Shown here in pieces: positions 28,224 to 43,140 of a stretch of 64,000 nt of DNA. The translations under genes and the position numbers were made by a program. A model generated the notes under the pieces. That model was not told the DNA's origin. It searched no databases and saw only the letters and a list, made by a program, of their open reading frames with translations. This DNA comes from Octopus vulgaris (Eukaryota). The first letter of the stretch is position 1. The number at the start of each line of letters is the position of its first letter. The DNA lies in assembly GCA_951406725.2 (NCBI GenBank), contig OX597826.1:24738001-24802000 (forward strand). The letters are read 5' to 3'.

Positions 28224-29096
28224 GTAAGTACGTTGACCTTTTAATTGATGTTTCTTTTTATATCAACACACACGCGCATGCAACAACCACAGCTGCACCA
28301 TATATACGGCGGGTTTCTTTCAGTTTCCGTCTACCAAATCCACTCACAAGGCTTTGGTCGGCCCGAGGCTATAGTAGAAGACACTTGCCCAAGGTGTCAC
28401 GCAGTGGGACTGAACCCGACTGGTAAGCAAGCTACTTACCACACAGCCACTCCTACGCCTGTTCTGGGTTCAAATTTAATCAGTGTCGATTTTGTAGTTC
28501 ATTCTTCCGGGGACGTTTTCAGATCAATTTAATTGATTTCAGAATTACATCTTTTGTCTAGGCTTTGTATCAATTTTAGGGACCTACCTACCTACCTACC
28601 TACCTACCTACCTACCTACCTACCTACCTACCTACCAACCTACCTACCTACCTACCTACCTACCTACATACGTACCTATCTACCTACGTACCTACATACC
28701 AACCTACCTACTTACCTACCTACGTACCTATTTCGGAGTCACTGAAATGAACCATCAAGGCAGTGCTCCAGCATGGCCGCAGTTCATTGAATGAAACTAA
28801 TAAAAGGATAAAAATGAAAGTGTTGTATAGAACTACATTATCCAAAGTATCGTTTTGATTGTAAGACACCGGGTTCTGCTTAGAAGTAGATCCTTTTCTG
28901 TTACTTTTAGCAGGCCGAACAACTACGTAGAGGTTGGCTTGTTGTTATTGTTGTTACTGTTATTAATGTTACTGTCAGTCTTTTCCAATGAGAAACATTA
29001 GAACGAAACTACAGTCTTTTCAACAACGGTCTCCCTCTGAATTTATCTTGTATCTTTTAATCTTTTAGCTTGTTTCAATCATTAGACTGTGGCTAT

Positions 29097-29247
29097 GCTT
29101 TTGATGATGGGCTAAGCTACTTCATATCACTTACACTGTACTGCTCCATATACAGTAAAGCGCACCAATTTGTCTTATGCATATGTAGGCAAAATGCACA
29201 AATCTGGTTCTAAAAGTGCACCTACTCCTGAAACAGCTGTAAAGAGC
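29097..29247 (+). ncRNA. Decayed type I HHR motif with an about 120-nt stem II insertion, in a protease intron
   Basis: ctt-TTGATGA-tggg...tcct-GAAA-cagctg-TA-aag; palindrome ACAGCTGT. Confidence 0.45.
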
Positions 29248-29711
29248 TACCTACACATATCTACCTATACATTACGAGATGTTCACCAGTGACCCAATGA
29301 ATTTTACTTACATGTCCAGATCGAATCAACACAACTTATTTCTTTAAGCCTGATACTTATTCTATCGTCCTCTTTTGTCGAACCGCAAAGTTATGGGGAC
29401 GTAAACACACCAACACTGATGGTGGTGGGGAACAAACACAGACACAAAACCACACACACGCACACATACACACACACACGCACACACACACATACACACA
29501 TACACACATATACACATACACACGATAGGCTTCTTTCAGTTTCCGTCTACCACATCCATCCACTTACAATGTTTTGGTCGAAGATGCTTGTCCGTTTTGG
29601 TCGATTTTGCTTATCCAAGATTTCGCTCAGTGGGACTGAATCCAGAACCACGAAGAAATTATTTCTGATTCTTCATTCGTTATTTTATTTTTTTGATATA
29701 TAATTTTTTAG

Positions 29712-29854
29712 ACGATCAAAAACCTTCTGCCAGTCTTAAAATTGTTCAGTTACCAATCGTAAGCAATAGTTATTGCCCATGGCCCGGTTTGATCTATGAA
29801 CAAATGTGTGCCGGAGTATTTGAACCCTGGGGTGTACACAAAGGAATCTGCTCC
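29712..29854 (+). CDS. S1 serine protease exon (C168, C182, C191 region)
   Basis: Acceptor tttttag, donor gtaagt at 29855; LKIVQLPIVSNSYC...QMCAG...HKGICS; phase 1 in, phase 0 out. Confidence 0.92.
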
Positions 29855-30650
29855 GTAAGTTTTCTTCTCGCTTTTCATTTATATCTTTGATTATATATCA
29901 CTTTTTATCTTTTTCTTGTTTCAGTCATTATACTGCGGACATGCTCGGGCACAGCCTTGAACACTTTTAGTCGAGTGAATTGACCTTAGTACGTTTTGAA
30001 AGCCCGGCCTCTTTCGCTGGGGACGAAAACATACCGACACCGTCTGTCAAGCGGCGGTGGGGAACAAACAGAAACACAAAACACACACATATACACACGT
30101 ATACACACACATGCACGCACACACATACACACGTAAATACGACGGGCTTTCAGTTTCTATCTACCAAATCCACTCACAAGGCTTTGGTTGACCCGAGGCT
30201 ATACAGAACCCAGAACCAAATTGTTGGGAAGCAAGCTTCTTACCACATAGCCATGCTTGAGCTAATATAGACTTAAATAATATAGTTTATTTTTATAATT
30301 TACAAATAAGCCATCAAGTTGTTTAACACACAATACACAAATAGAATATTATATAATACATAGTAACAACTAATACAATTTGGTAAACTGTAAAGGTTTT
30401 TCAAGTTTGTATGCCGTTGCTGAGAAAGTTTCCATTGCTTCGGACAGGGTTCTGCTTCGAGAAAGTAAAACATAAATTCATGCTTTCATGCACTGAGGAC
30501 GTTGTGAAATATTTCTGGTTCTTGAGGGATTTTGTCCGAAATGTCGGAAACTTCTCTCATCGGCAGAGGAACATAAAAATTTATATACTCTACTAATAAA
30601 TACTATTTTGGTGACGTAGCCGAATACCTGTCAGCAATTGTATTTGTTGG

Positions 30651-30685
<35 letters not shown>

Positions 30686-31115
30686 AATAAGGGTAGAAAT
30701 TGATATTAATCAATTAAAACCAGTGGCCTAGCATATTAAAAAATCCGAAGATTAAAATAATTTTACATACAAAATTTGAAGGATTTTAAATTTTGTATAT
30801 ATATATATATATATATATCTACATGGAGTTATTTATGCGGATAAACAAATTTGACACATCATATATATTAAATATATTAAATACACTAAATATAAAATAT
30901 GTATATGTCGTATGTGAATCGTTGGCGATTTTCTTCCTTCGTTTTACTTTCTATTGGACTTTCCTCTGTTTCTGAAGAAGGGCTTTGCTCGAAACGTTAA
31001 ACCATCTTTCTGTTCTTCCCTGAGCGTCTGCTAATACTTTACATATAACACGTCCACGCGCTGTTGTGTTTTTTTGTGTTTGTTCTTCTTTTTTTAGGGA
31101 TTTACTATATATATA

Positions 31116-31503
31116 TCTCTCTATATATAAACGGCAGTTTGTCTGTGTGTGTGTCTGTGTGTCTGTTTGCTTGTACCCTCACCCTGACCACGGCCTTCAA
31201 CCGATTCTGATGAAACTTGACACACACATAGCCCAATGTCATAATTCAAAACTAACGCAGCGAAAATTTTGAAAAGTTCTCCCAGTTCTGAAAAAAATCG
31301 ATAAATTCGACATGGGGTCGAGAATCAGAAACACAAACCACAGACTGTCTAGGGGACGCAACTCGACACCTTTTTTAACTCTCAAAAACAAATTTACCAT
31401 CATTTTTTTCCCATTTTTTTGCTATTTTTTGGCTATAACTCTCTAAAAATGCTTTATAGTTATTTCCCTTACAAACCCGAGCAACGCCGGGCGATACTGC
31501 TAG
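31116..31503 (+). mobile_element. Non-autonomous Helitron-like element
   Basis: 5' TC(tc)tatatataa, 3' hairpin cccgagcaacgccggg followed by CTAG; sits between host A and T. Confidence 0.75.
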
Positions 31504-31676
31504 TATATATATATATATATATAGTTAATCCAAACATGAAAACACAAAGAGAAAACACAACAACGCGAGGACGTGGAACAAGTATAGTGTTATTGGACGC
31601 TCAGGAAAGAAGGAAAGGAGGGTTTAACGTTTCGAGCAGAGCTCTTCGTCAGAAACATAGGAAAACATCGCCAACG

Positions 31677-31766
<90 letters not shown>

Positions 31767-32067
31767 GAAAAATGAGAGAAAGCAAAAGTGGAAACATTCA
31801 GCTGAAGAATTTTTATGCATAAATACACAGATATTTATATTAATAGATCCAACTCACCCAGAGTACAAACGACAGAGAAAATTAAAGGAGTGGAAGAAAG
31901 GTTAAATAAGTCCAGCAGCTGTTTCTGGAGGCTCGGCGATCCATAATAATGTTGGTAGATTTAGTTGGTCACAATATGCGGCCGTATGGATGCAATTAAC
32001 ATTGGATGAGATGAACCTCCTCCAACAGGGTAGAGAAGATCTTACATTTCAGATTTTACTGCAGAGA

Positions 32068-32200
<133 letters not shown>

Positions 32201-32317
32201 GCCTATTTATCTATCTATGTATCTATCAGGATTAATGGATATACAAGCCTACGCAAATCTGTTATACTGAATGGTATCATGTATATTTCTAAGAATGCTA
32301 ATTTATTATTATTACAG

Positions 32318-32464
32318 GGTGATTCTGGTGGTCCACTAATATGCGTAAAGAACGATAGGCCGGTTTTGGCTGGTTTAGCGAGTTTCGGAAATTGTGGCAT
32401 GTATCCAGGTGTATTTACCAAAGTCTCAAGTTTTGTTGACTGGATTTATAAGAATATTGAGTAA
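32318..32464 (+). CDS. S1 serine protease terminal exon with catalytic Ser (GDSGGP) and stop
   Basis: Acceptor ttacag; GDSGGPLIC...[14 protein letters not shown]...*; spliced exons give an uninterrupted 236-aa mature domain. Confidence 0.95.
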   Translation, partial: GDSGGPLICVKNDRPVLAGLASFGNCGMYPGVFTKVSSFVDWIYKNIE

Positions 32465-32651
32465 TTGATGTAATCCTTTCGTCATCGATTGCTTCACAGT
32501 GTTATATCTATAAACAGTTGTTCCAAAAATGAAATATTGTTTGTTATGTTAATTTTATTTTCCATTATCAAATTATTCGGTTTATCAGTAGGAGAGCTTT
32601 GTTGTTTTTGTATTTTTTTCAGCCCCAGCTCCTTGGTTGAGTACACCTATA

Positions 32652-32657
32652 AATAAA
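32652..32657 (+). promoter_or_regulatory. Candidate polyadenylation signal of the protease gene
   Basis: AATAAA about 190 nt after the stop codon. Confidence 0.4.
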
Positions 32658-32831
32658 GGCTTTCTAACCACGACCATCGTTTGTATTTAAGACTACATTA
32701 TTCATTGTCTCCTTTCTCTTTCATTCTTTTAAGTCAGCAAGTTTTGATTTGAGAACTTGGAGCGACATAACCATAAAGCCACCTATATACATACATACAT
32801 ACATACATACATACATACATACATACATACA

Positions 32832-32908
<77 letters not shown>

Positions 32909-32944
32909 ATATATGTAGAAAGTTGAAAAGGAGCACACGAGTTG

Positions 32945-33306
32945 ATATATATGGAAAAAAAAGTCAAGGTAGAAAATATTAAAACAATTTTATAAAAAAC
33001 ATTTCAGTACCGGTTTCAGTCATGGAGACTTTTTCAACTGTAAGTATGGAAAACAATAACATTTTGGAAAAATTAAAAGAAAAGTTTTTTAAAAGAATAT
33101 TTGTATAGTATTCAAATACAAGTGACATTTTCTTTGTTTCTACCTGTCTCTGCCTCTCTTGTTTATTCTTGTGGGTTCGAGGTCGTTCTTTTCATTTTTC
33201 CAAAATTTAATTGTTTTCCATACTTAAAGTTGAAAAAGTCTCAATGACTGAAATCGTTACTGTAATGTCTTTTATAAAATTATTTTAGCATTTTTCACTT
33301 TTTTTT

Positions 33307-33312
<6 letters not shown>
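32945..33312. repeat. Inverted-repeat element with a compact HHR motif in each arm (33005-33040 -, 33226-33264 +)
   Basis: cag-TTGAAAA-agtc tccat gact-GAAA-ccgg-TA-ctg; arms are reverse complements; (TA)n flanks. Confidence 0.68.
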
Positions 33313-33344
<32 letters not shown>

Positions 33345-33550
33345 TGCCCCATCATAACTACAGCTATTGAGTTGAGACTATTTTAAAAAGAAATGTGTGT
33401 GTACATATACTCAGGTATATATATCTATGTATTTATACAGTTCTCTTTCTTTGTCTGTCTGCCTGTCTTTCTCTCTCTCTCTCTCTACATATATGTATAC
33501 ATATATATATACGTATACAAATACACACACACAGACCACCAACACTCCTA

Positions 33551-33587
<37 letters not shown>

Positions 33588-33643
33588 ATATACATCTCTG
33601 ATTTAAACTGTATGTAGGTAAATACATACATATATACATACAA

Positions 33644-33674
<31 letters not shown>

Positions 33675-34081
33675 TACATGCATACATACATATACATATA
33701 CATACATATACACAGACATATAAATAAAAGAAGACGCAAGTAATGTTTTGAAATATTTAGCACGTTTATTTGAAACCTGTCAGGTGTACATTTTTGTAAC
33801 TGTTTTACATATAATGTGTTCAAATTTTGGCACAAGGCCAGTAATTCTAGGGAAATGAGTAAGTAGATTACATCGACCTCCGAGTGCTCAACTAGTAGTT
33901 ATTTTATCGACCTCGAAAGTATGAAAGACAAAGTCGTCTTGGGTGGCATTTGAACTCGGAATGTAAAAGCGAAAGAAATACCGCGAAGTATTTTGCCCGG
34001 CGTGCTAACGATTCTGCCAGCTTGCCGCTGAAACTGCTTGAGACGTAATGTTTAAGCATAATGCAAAAGAATTACATGTCT

Positions 34082-34470
34082 AAGGCGGCGAGCTGGCAGA
34101 ATCGTTAGCACGCCAAGCGGAATGCTTAACGGTATTTCGTCTGCCGTTACGTTCTGAGTTCAAATTCCGCCGAGGTCGACTTTGCCTTTCATCCTTTCGG
34201 GGTCGATTAAATAAGTAGCAGTTATGAAGTGGGGTCGATATAATTGACTTAATCCGTTTGTCTGTCCTTGTTTGTCCCTTCTGTGTTTAGCCCCTTGTGG
34301 GTAGTAAAGAAATAGGTATTTCGTCTGCCGTTACGTTCTGAATTCAAATTCCGCCGAGGTCGACTTCGTCTTTCATTCTTTCAGGGTCGATACCAGTTAC
34401 GCATTGGGGTTGATTTAATCGGCTGGCCCCCTCCCCCAAAATTTCGGGCATTGTGCCTAGAGTAGAAAAG
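34082..34470 (+). mobile_element. Dimeric tRNA-derived SINE (similar dimers at 37617-38012 and 44017-44425)
   Basis: A-box-like tggcagaatcgttag, B-box gagttcaaattcc, core gcctttcatcctttcggggtcgat; 17-bp TSD aaaagaattacatgtct at 34065-34081 and 34471-34487. Confidence 0.85.
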
Positions 34471-34675
34471 AAAAGAATTACATGTCTGAACAATAACTCT
34501 ATGAGTGTCAGCTCTGTTGTAAGGGCTTTTGATAGAAGAAATGTTTGGGATTTTGCGGCACTAATCTAATGAATATAATCAGAAAGTTGATTTGCGCCTT
34601 GTCTTGTGTAAAAAAATAAAATAAAAGCTGTATAAGCCTTCCATAAATCAATAGCTTCCCAACCATAAGGAGATG

Positions 34676-34729
<54 letters not shown>

Positions 34730-34942
34730 TGCGCGCTTGTATTTGTTTCCCTAACTGCTTGATTTGTTTACGTTTTCGTAACATCATTAACGCTTCGACA
34801 CAGGAGAGCGATAGAATAAGCTGCCAGACTTTAAAAACAACAGCAATAACTAAACATAAGTGCTGATGTCAATTTGTTCGAGGAAAACCCTTCAAGCCGG
34901 TACCCCAACTCAGCATCGCCGCAGTCCATCGACTGAATCAAG

Positions 34943-34978
<36 letters not shown>

Positions 34979-35601
34979 CTATAAAAAAAACATACCATAT
35001 GTATGAAGAACTGAGATGAATTTGAAGAACAGCATGAGTAAGAAAGGATAAATAACATGAAAAAACTGCCTGAAAGACTGTTGAATCACGTATTAAGCTT
35101 CTGCTTGGCTTGCAGCCAAATTATACTATATATTTGGTAGTGTTAGACCGGCAACAACACACAACACATTCCTTAGGCTTCCGTTGTCTACCTGCAAACA
35201 AGCAAAACGAAAAGGACCGAAAAAGAATGCGGTATAAATAAATGTATTTTAAGAAAGGAAGCAATTTGTCAAAAATATTTGCTAAAAAGACCACACGATA
35301 ATAATAATAATAATAATAACAACAACAACAGCAACAACTACAGCAACAACAACAACAACAACAACAACAATAATAATAATAATAATAATAATGATAAATA
35401 AAAAACTTAAGAAAACAAAAGGCTGGACATAAATTCCCCGTATTAATTAGTCGTAGCAATCAAATTTTCGAGCCAAGAATCGAATGACATGGCTGCAAAT
35501 AGAAAGCGTTTATTAACGAGTGCTTAAGAAAATAGACTGAGAAATCAAAATTGCTACAAGTCTATATTAATAAAACATATAAACATAATAACTTGTAGAA
35601 C

Positions 35602-35636
<35 letters not shown>

Positions 35637-35652
35637 ACACACACGCACACAA

Positions 35653-35688
<36 letters not shown>

Positions 35689-35814
35689 GCACGCACACAC
35701 ACGCACACACAAACACACACACACACACACACGCACGCACGCACACACGCACACACACACACACGCACGTACACACGCACACACACACACACGCACGTAC
35801 ACACGCACACACAA

Positions 35815-35863
<49 letters not shown>

Positions 35864-36088
35864 TATATGTTTTCTTCCACAGTTACTGGTGTCAATTATT
35901 GGACTGCAAGCGTGCTGCTGACGTACTGCTTTCAAGGTTTTTAGCTTATCGTATCAAGCTCACTGAATTTTATTTTTTAGTCAAGTGCTTATTTTGTTGG
36001 CTTCCATAAAAGAATATAACAAAAGCTAGGGCAAACATAAAGAGAGATTTGGACACATACACACATAGACAACATAGAGACTTATATA

Positions 36089-36608
36089 CCGTAAATCCTC
36101 GAGTATAGTCCGCCCTTGAGTATAATACACGGGATTTTTAGGGGGCTGTACCTCTGAAAAACCTCAACCTTGTGTATAATACGCACCCCTTCTCTAACTT
36201 GAGTCGTGCGTAATTAAGCCAGCAGCACCTAGTCGAACAAACACTTCCGCGCATGCGTTATACAATAATGGTGATGTTCTTAACTGTTATATGGGAATAT
36301 AAATATGCTTGCAAATTGTTTTTGTTACATGTTATTCTGTGTTCTAAATACTATTATTTTAAGAAATGTTGCTTACTGCAAGTTATGGATGATTCTTTTA
36401 TGACTTCGTTGCTTTCAGGCTTAGCTTAATGTATTTTCGGGCCCGACATCACAAAATGCGTCTGAATAAACATTGCCGGACAGTAAATAGAGACTCAGAC
36501 ATTGCTTAGAAAATATTTTTCATTTTTAACCTCGTATATAGTACGCACTAGGGATTTTGACCTTTAAATTTTTAGAAAAAAATGCGGATTATACTCGAGG
36601 ATTTACGG
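36089..36608. mobile_element. MITE, Tc1/mariner-pogo type
   Basis: TIR ccgtaaatcctcgagtata(g/a)tccgc at both ends; flanks TA and TG. Confidence 0.85.
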
Positions 36609-36867
36609 TGTGTGTATAGGCATTGGACTTCGGTAATGCTTGCTGGGGCAAATAGACCCCAGTAAATTTTCTTTGAATCTTGTATTTATTTTATCCGTCT
36701 CTTGTAGTTAATGGTTAGTGTATTGTGGGTTAGAGAGCTGTTTAGCTGGTTAACGCACAGAAATTGCTTTGACCCTCATTCAACAACTAATGAAACAGTA
36801 TGTGACCTTGTTTGTATCTTGTCGCATCTGAGTTTTACCAGCCATTCGTCCGTGCTTAATTAATTTT

Positions 36868-36987
<120 letters not shown>

Positions 36988-37100
36988 ATATATATTTATA
37001 TATTGATAGAAATGGTAAGACAACAAAAGAATGAAAGCGACCTCGATATTATGTAAATAGAGGAATTTATCTGTAAATATAATGTGACAATTATTCGGTA

Positions 37101-37170
37101 GCCATGATAAAACTCCGAGTTTCGGATGTCGGGGTGGAAACCCACGCCGCCGTCTCTTCAGTTATTCGGC
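37101..37170 (-). ncRNA. Type I HHR motif with extended stem II
   Basis: ataa-CTGAAGA-gacggcggcgtgggtttccaccccgacatcc-GAAA-ctcggag-TT-ttat. Confidence 0.62.
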
Positions 37171-37199
37171 CATCGAAAAAGTGCCATGAAAAAATATAT

Positions 37200-37405
37200 A
37201 TATAGTCAATCCAAACAAGAACAAGCAAGAAAAAACAACAACGCGAGGACGTGGAACGAGTATTGTGTTATTGGACGCTCAGGAAAGGAAACAAAAGAAA
37301 GAGGATTTCACGTTTCGAGCGGAGCTCTTCATCAGAAATATAGAAAAAGACCAAAGAAGGGAAGACAGAGAAATAAAGACGTCAATGATACACAAGAAAA
37401 ATAAA
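37200..37405 (-). repeat. Dispersed repeat with HHR core and long pyrimidine-rich loop III (other copies near 9920+, 10830-, 30900+, 31520-, 50007-, 63460+)
   Basis: tattt-CTGATGA-a gagc tcc gctc-GAAA-cg...cg-TC-caata at 37269-37340; core reads CTGACGA or CTGAAGA in other copies. Confidence 0.7.
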
Positions 37406-37413
37406 TTAAGCAT

Positions 37414-37506
<93 letters not shown>

Positions 37507-38621
37507 CACACCCACACACACACACATTAGTATACATATGAGAAAAATTGATTAAGCACGGACCTATTGCAGGTAAAAAACACGGGGCTAGATTCATAAT
37601 ATATATAGTATATAATGAGGCGAGCTGGCCGAAAGTTAGCACGCCGGGTGAAATGCTTAGAGGTGTTTCGTCTGCCGCTACGTTGTGAGTTCAAATTTCG
37701 CCGAGGTCGACTTTGCCTTTCATCCTTTCGGGGTCGATTAAATAAGTACCAGTTACGCACTGGGGTCGATATAATCGACTTAATCCGTTTGTCTGTCCTT
37801 GTTTGTCCCTTCTGTGTTTAGCCCTTTGTGGGTAGTAAAGAAATAGGTATTTCGTCTGCAGGTACGTTCTGAGTACAAATTCCGCCGAGGTCGACTTTGT
37901 CTTTCATTCTTTCGGGGTCGATAAATTAAGTACCAGTTGCATACTTGGGTCGATCTAATCGACTGGCTCCCTCCCCAAAAATTTTGGGCGTTGTGCCTAG
38001 AGTAGAAAAGAATAGGATCTTTTCAAATTTGTGGCTAGGACCCCAGATCTTTCTAGTTAACTAAATAATTTGAAACTTTGTGTACTCATAGAGTGGAACT
38101 AGTTTATTCGCCAGTTGGAACTAGTTTATTTGAGAAAAATCTATTTTATGACTTTAATCGTAGATTAAAACTGCGAATTTTAACCAATGAGATTGCATGT
38201 TTTCATATCTAAAACGTTACTGCGATCTGTTAGTGTGACGTTGAAAGCAGTTTTGTGACGTAGTTGAAGACGGCTTATAAGATTTTTTGTTTCCTATATA
38301 GACACACACACGTATATACATATATACCTATAAATACCTGGCTGCTATTTCTAAAAAGCTTTGTGTGTGGTAAAGTAATTTTTTTACTTTACCATATTTT
38401 TATAAATTATATCGGAGAATCCATATTTTTATAACATATATCGGAGAATCCATGTGATTTTTCGTTGTTTTTCTCTTATACGTATGTGAATTATTTCTGA
38501 GTATGCATTGTCTGGGAGACTTTTTCTTGCAGTTGAGAAAACAGCCAAATTTTTGGCTGCTATTTCTAAAAAGCTCGGTGTGTGGTTAAGTAATTTTTTT
38601 ACTTTACCATATTTTTATAAA

Positions 38622-38666
<45 letters not shown>

Positions 38667-38710
38667 TTACTCGGTGTATGTGTATATGTATGTCTGCATG
38701 TGTGTGTGTA

Positions 38711-38751
<41 letters not shown>

Positions 38752-40277
38752 TGTGTGTGTGTGTGTGTGATGATAGGCAAAATCGACCTCGGCGGAATTT
38801 GAACTCAGAACGTAACGGCAGACGAAATACGGCTACGCATTTCGCCCGGCGTGCTAACGTTTCTGCCAGCTCTTTGCTTTTTTAATATTACATTTCGGCG
38901 AAGTTTCGCTTGTCGTAGCACAAGTTTTCCGTCGATTTCCGTAAAAAACTTTTATTTTTTTACATAAGTAATGAGAGCGAAAGAGACTAAGAGGAAGCGA
39001 TTTTATGACGAGGGAAGTTTGTCTTTGAAGTTACCGTCTAGGGGAAGCATTGATGTACATGTGTGTGTGTGTGTGTGTTTAATGGGGTGTGGGAGACAGT
39101 ATGTTGTGTAAGTGAAGTGCTTCTGTTAGTGTGTGTGAAGAGACAGAGAGAGTAATGTGTGAAAGAGAGAGATAACTGAAATTTTTTACTCGGTGTATGT
39201 GTATATGTATGTCTGCATGTATGTGTGTGTGTGTATGTATCTATGTATGTATGGCCGATTCATCGTAATTACGATGAATCGGCCATATACATACATACAC
39301 ACACACACACATACTTACACATACATACACACACACATACATGCAGACATACAGAATGGAAACATTTTCAATTTAATACATGTGGCTTATTAACTAGTTT
39401 TAAATATTGTTATTAGAAGGTGGCTGACTATAGGATCCTGGAAACATGAGTACGTTAAATAATTAGAAGGATGCGCTTGTTTACATTTAAGATGTTTAAT
39501 ACGTCACGAAATTGGTGGTCGAGACGGAGTAAATAAAATAAAGCCGAATGACGGAATATCATTGGTTAAAATTCTAATTATTAAACAACGTTAAACTTAG
39601 AAGTTACAATTCCGTTTTCATTCTGGTTTACAATTAAGTTTACTTTTGACACATTCTACCTGTATACGAAGTTTCAAATTATTTGGTTCAGTAGGAAAAA
39701 TTTGAAAAAACTGGCTTCAGAATAGAAAAGATCCAAAGAATATATATATTATATGAAGACGCATGGCTCAGTGGTTAGCGCGTCGGGCTCACAATCATGA
39801 GATAGTGAGTTCGATACCTGAACTAGGCTGTGTGTTGTGTTCTTGAGCAAGACACTTTATTTCACATTGCTCCAGTTCAGCTGTGGAAATGAGTTGCAAC
39901 GTCACTGGTGCCAAGCTGTGCTGGCCTTTGCCTTTCTCTTGGATGACATCAGTTGCATGGAAAGTGGAGGCTGATATGCATTGGCGGCTGCAGGCTTTCC
40001 ATAAACAATCTTGCCCGAACTTGTACCTCGGAGGGGGACTTTCCAGGAGCAATCCCATGGTCATTTATGACCGAAGTGGGGTCTTTACTCTTTATATATA
40101 TTATAAATTATATATACAAATATTCATACATATACATATATATACATAAGTAGCTTGCTTACCAACCACATGGTTCCGGGTTCAGTCTCACTGCGTGGCA
40201 CTTTGGGCAAGTGTCTTCTACTATAGCTTCGAGCCGACCAAAGCCTTGTGAGTGGACGGAAACTGAAAGAAACTCGT

Positions 40278-40318
<41 letters not shown>

Positions 40319-40319
40319 G

Positions 40320-40391
<72 letters not shown>

Positions 40392-40658
40392 AATGTGTGT
40401 GTGTATGTTTGTGTGTCTGTGTTTGTGCCCCCAACATCGCTTGACAACCGATGTTGGTGTGTTTACGTCCCCTTTAATAGGCGGTTCGGCAAAAGACACC
40501 GATAGAATAAGTACTAGGCTTACAAAGAATAAGTCCTGGGATTGATTTGCTCGACTAAAAGCGGTGCTCCAGCATGGCCACAGTCAAATGATTGAAACAA
40601 GTAAAAGAGTAAAGAGTATACACACATGTGTATGTATGTATGTATGTATGTATGTATG

Positions 40659-40786
<128 letters not shown>

Positions 40787-40807
40787 CATCCATCCATCCA
40801 TCCATCC

Positions 40808-40873
<66 letters not shown>

Positions 40874-41322
40874 ACACACATATGCAAGGTGTCCCATATG
40901 TAGACAGTGAATTAGGGTTTAAGTGCTACTTTACTGATGAGACAAATGGTACGTACAATGTGTATATATGTGTATATGATTATGTACGTGATCGATGAAA
41001 TAAGTTTCATATTTGTATGCCGAAGAGCACACATATTTGTTCTTCACATGAAGAATGCTTAAGAATTGCAAGTAGTCTTCTCTAGTTCTGAACTCATGCC
41101 AATAAGGTTTCCAACACATCATCGTTTTCTTAACCTTCTTGAAATTTCTCCTCTCGTTCGCTTTCTCTTTCTTTTTCTGTCTCTTCCCTCTCTTATCGTC
41201 TTACTCTCTCTTTGTGTGCGTCTCTCTCCCAGACAAAAGTATATATATATATGTATATGTATATATATGTATATATGAGAACACAGCAATCAAGTTGTCT
41301 TGAATGCTCTCGTGGTAAATAC

Positions 41323-41380
<58 letters not shown>

Positions 41381-41871
41381 GTGTACATATGTATATAATT
41401 ATTTCTCAAAATACATCAGGAATGAATTTGCAAGCAAGAATCTGTGAGAGTGCACAACGGAGTAGGTTCCGTGCCATATAACTTGACATATGTAGAGTGT
41501 ATAGAAAAAGCATATATACTCCACGAAATCCTTCTATTATTCTGTTAACCCTTTGATTGTATAAATTACATGATCATTCACACACACAAACACAGACCCC
41601 CCCCCCAAACACCCCCCCACAACTTATATTTTCTGCTTCTAAGGTGGCAAGCAGGTAGAATCGTCAGCGCGCCGGAAAGCGAATTTTTTTTTCTCACGAG
41701 AGTTCCGGTCCCCAGTAATGAACTCATTTGCATACATCCAATCAGAGCTTACCTTGACCTTGTTGTCAAGCTAACAAACACACTCTACCAAGTAAACTCA
41801 AGACGAAGAACGCTGTTGTGAGCCGACCGGCCGCCAAGTTATGCCTGATTTTAGAAAGAGGCAAGTAATTA

Positions 41872-43140
41872 TGTTTCTTTATTAGCCACACAGGGCTGCA
41901 CACAGATAGAACAAATTACAAGGTAGAGCTTTTCTTTTGAAGGTTAAAAAAAAAAAAAAAAGGAAGGGGGGAGTTTCGATCAAAAGGGATCGTAAAAGGA
42001 GAGAAAGAGGACAAAAAAGGGGGGTTAAAAAAAAGGGGGGAGAGGAAAAAAAAATTGATCAATAGGGATCGTTATCACAGAAATGTCAATATGAAGTGTA
42101 AAGGGGAGGACAGGTGAGGTTTACCCGTGGAAAGAAAAGCCTACGGAAAAGACCACGGTAACCTCGGTCAATGGAGTCACATGTTATATTTCTTTTTTTT
42201 TTGCAAATAAGCAACTCTCTGTTTTCAATTTCTGGGTTCATAGGATTATGCTCAAGGTGGGTTCGTCATTCATACGTGCCATTCTTGCTACATTCACCCA
42301 TCTTTTTTTAAAACATTCGCTAGACAAAACTTGCCTCTCTACTCTCACTTTCCTTTTCAAGTGGTACTTGAAGAAGTGGATGAGAGATTGACCAGAGAGG
42401 AAAATGTTTGTCTCCAATCCTTTCAGACGCGTCCACCAGATACATTCTTTCGCCATAGCCACAAGGATGATGAAAATAGCTCTTCCTTCCCGTTTGAAGG
42501 AAGGAGGCGTGACAATATTGACGATAGACTCAGCTGATAAACCGACTCGTCCCACACGTGACAGCAGTTGTTCGACATAAGCCCACAGGTCGGAAATTGT
42601 TGGACACTGCACGAGTGCGTGCAGAACGGTTTCGTCGCTCTGACCGCATCTCGGGCAGGTCGGCCCCGTGTTTCTCGAGCCGTGTCTGTAGAGCTTATCC
42701 CGAACGGGTAGCGCTTCTCGGTAGCACTGCCAGGCCAGGGATCTCTGGAAGTTGTCCATGGGCCCTGGCCCGAAAGTCGTCCTTGACAGGCGGGTCAGGT
42801 ACTCCTCGTCGACGTCCAGGTTCGCCCCGAGCTCGTCGTCGTACCTCCCCTCCACTAAACCCCTATAGAATGCTTTGGTTGTGTTGAAGTCACTCAAGGT
42901 CGACCCAGGACGGCAGAGTTGCTTGAGAGCAACGCGACACTCGCGGTGCCATTCGCCCTTCCTCGGCCTCTTTTTGATCCACGACTGCAGTTCGGTCATG
43001 GAGACGAGCTGCGGGAAAGCGTGCCTCACAAACGGCGACCACACCTGTTCATCGTCGTCTACATAGAGCCAGAGATGTCGCAGTCTCAGCGCGTGTCTGC
43101 GCATCATCAACCACGGCATGCCCAGCCCTCCTTTTAACGG
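41872..43140 (-). mobile_element. 5'-truncated Tx1 LINE (ORF2 C-terminus plus 3' UTR)
   Basis: LKGGLGMPWLMMRRHALRL, CPRCGQSDETVLHALVQC; 14-bp TSD gaggcaagtaatta at 41858-41871 and 43141-43154. Confidence 0.92.
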
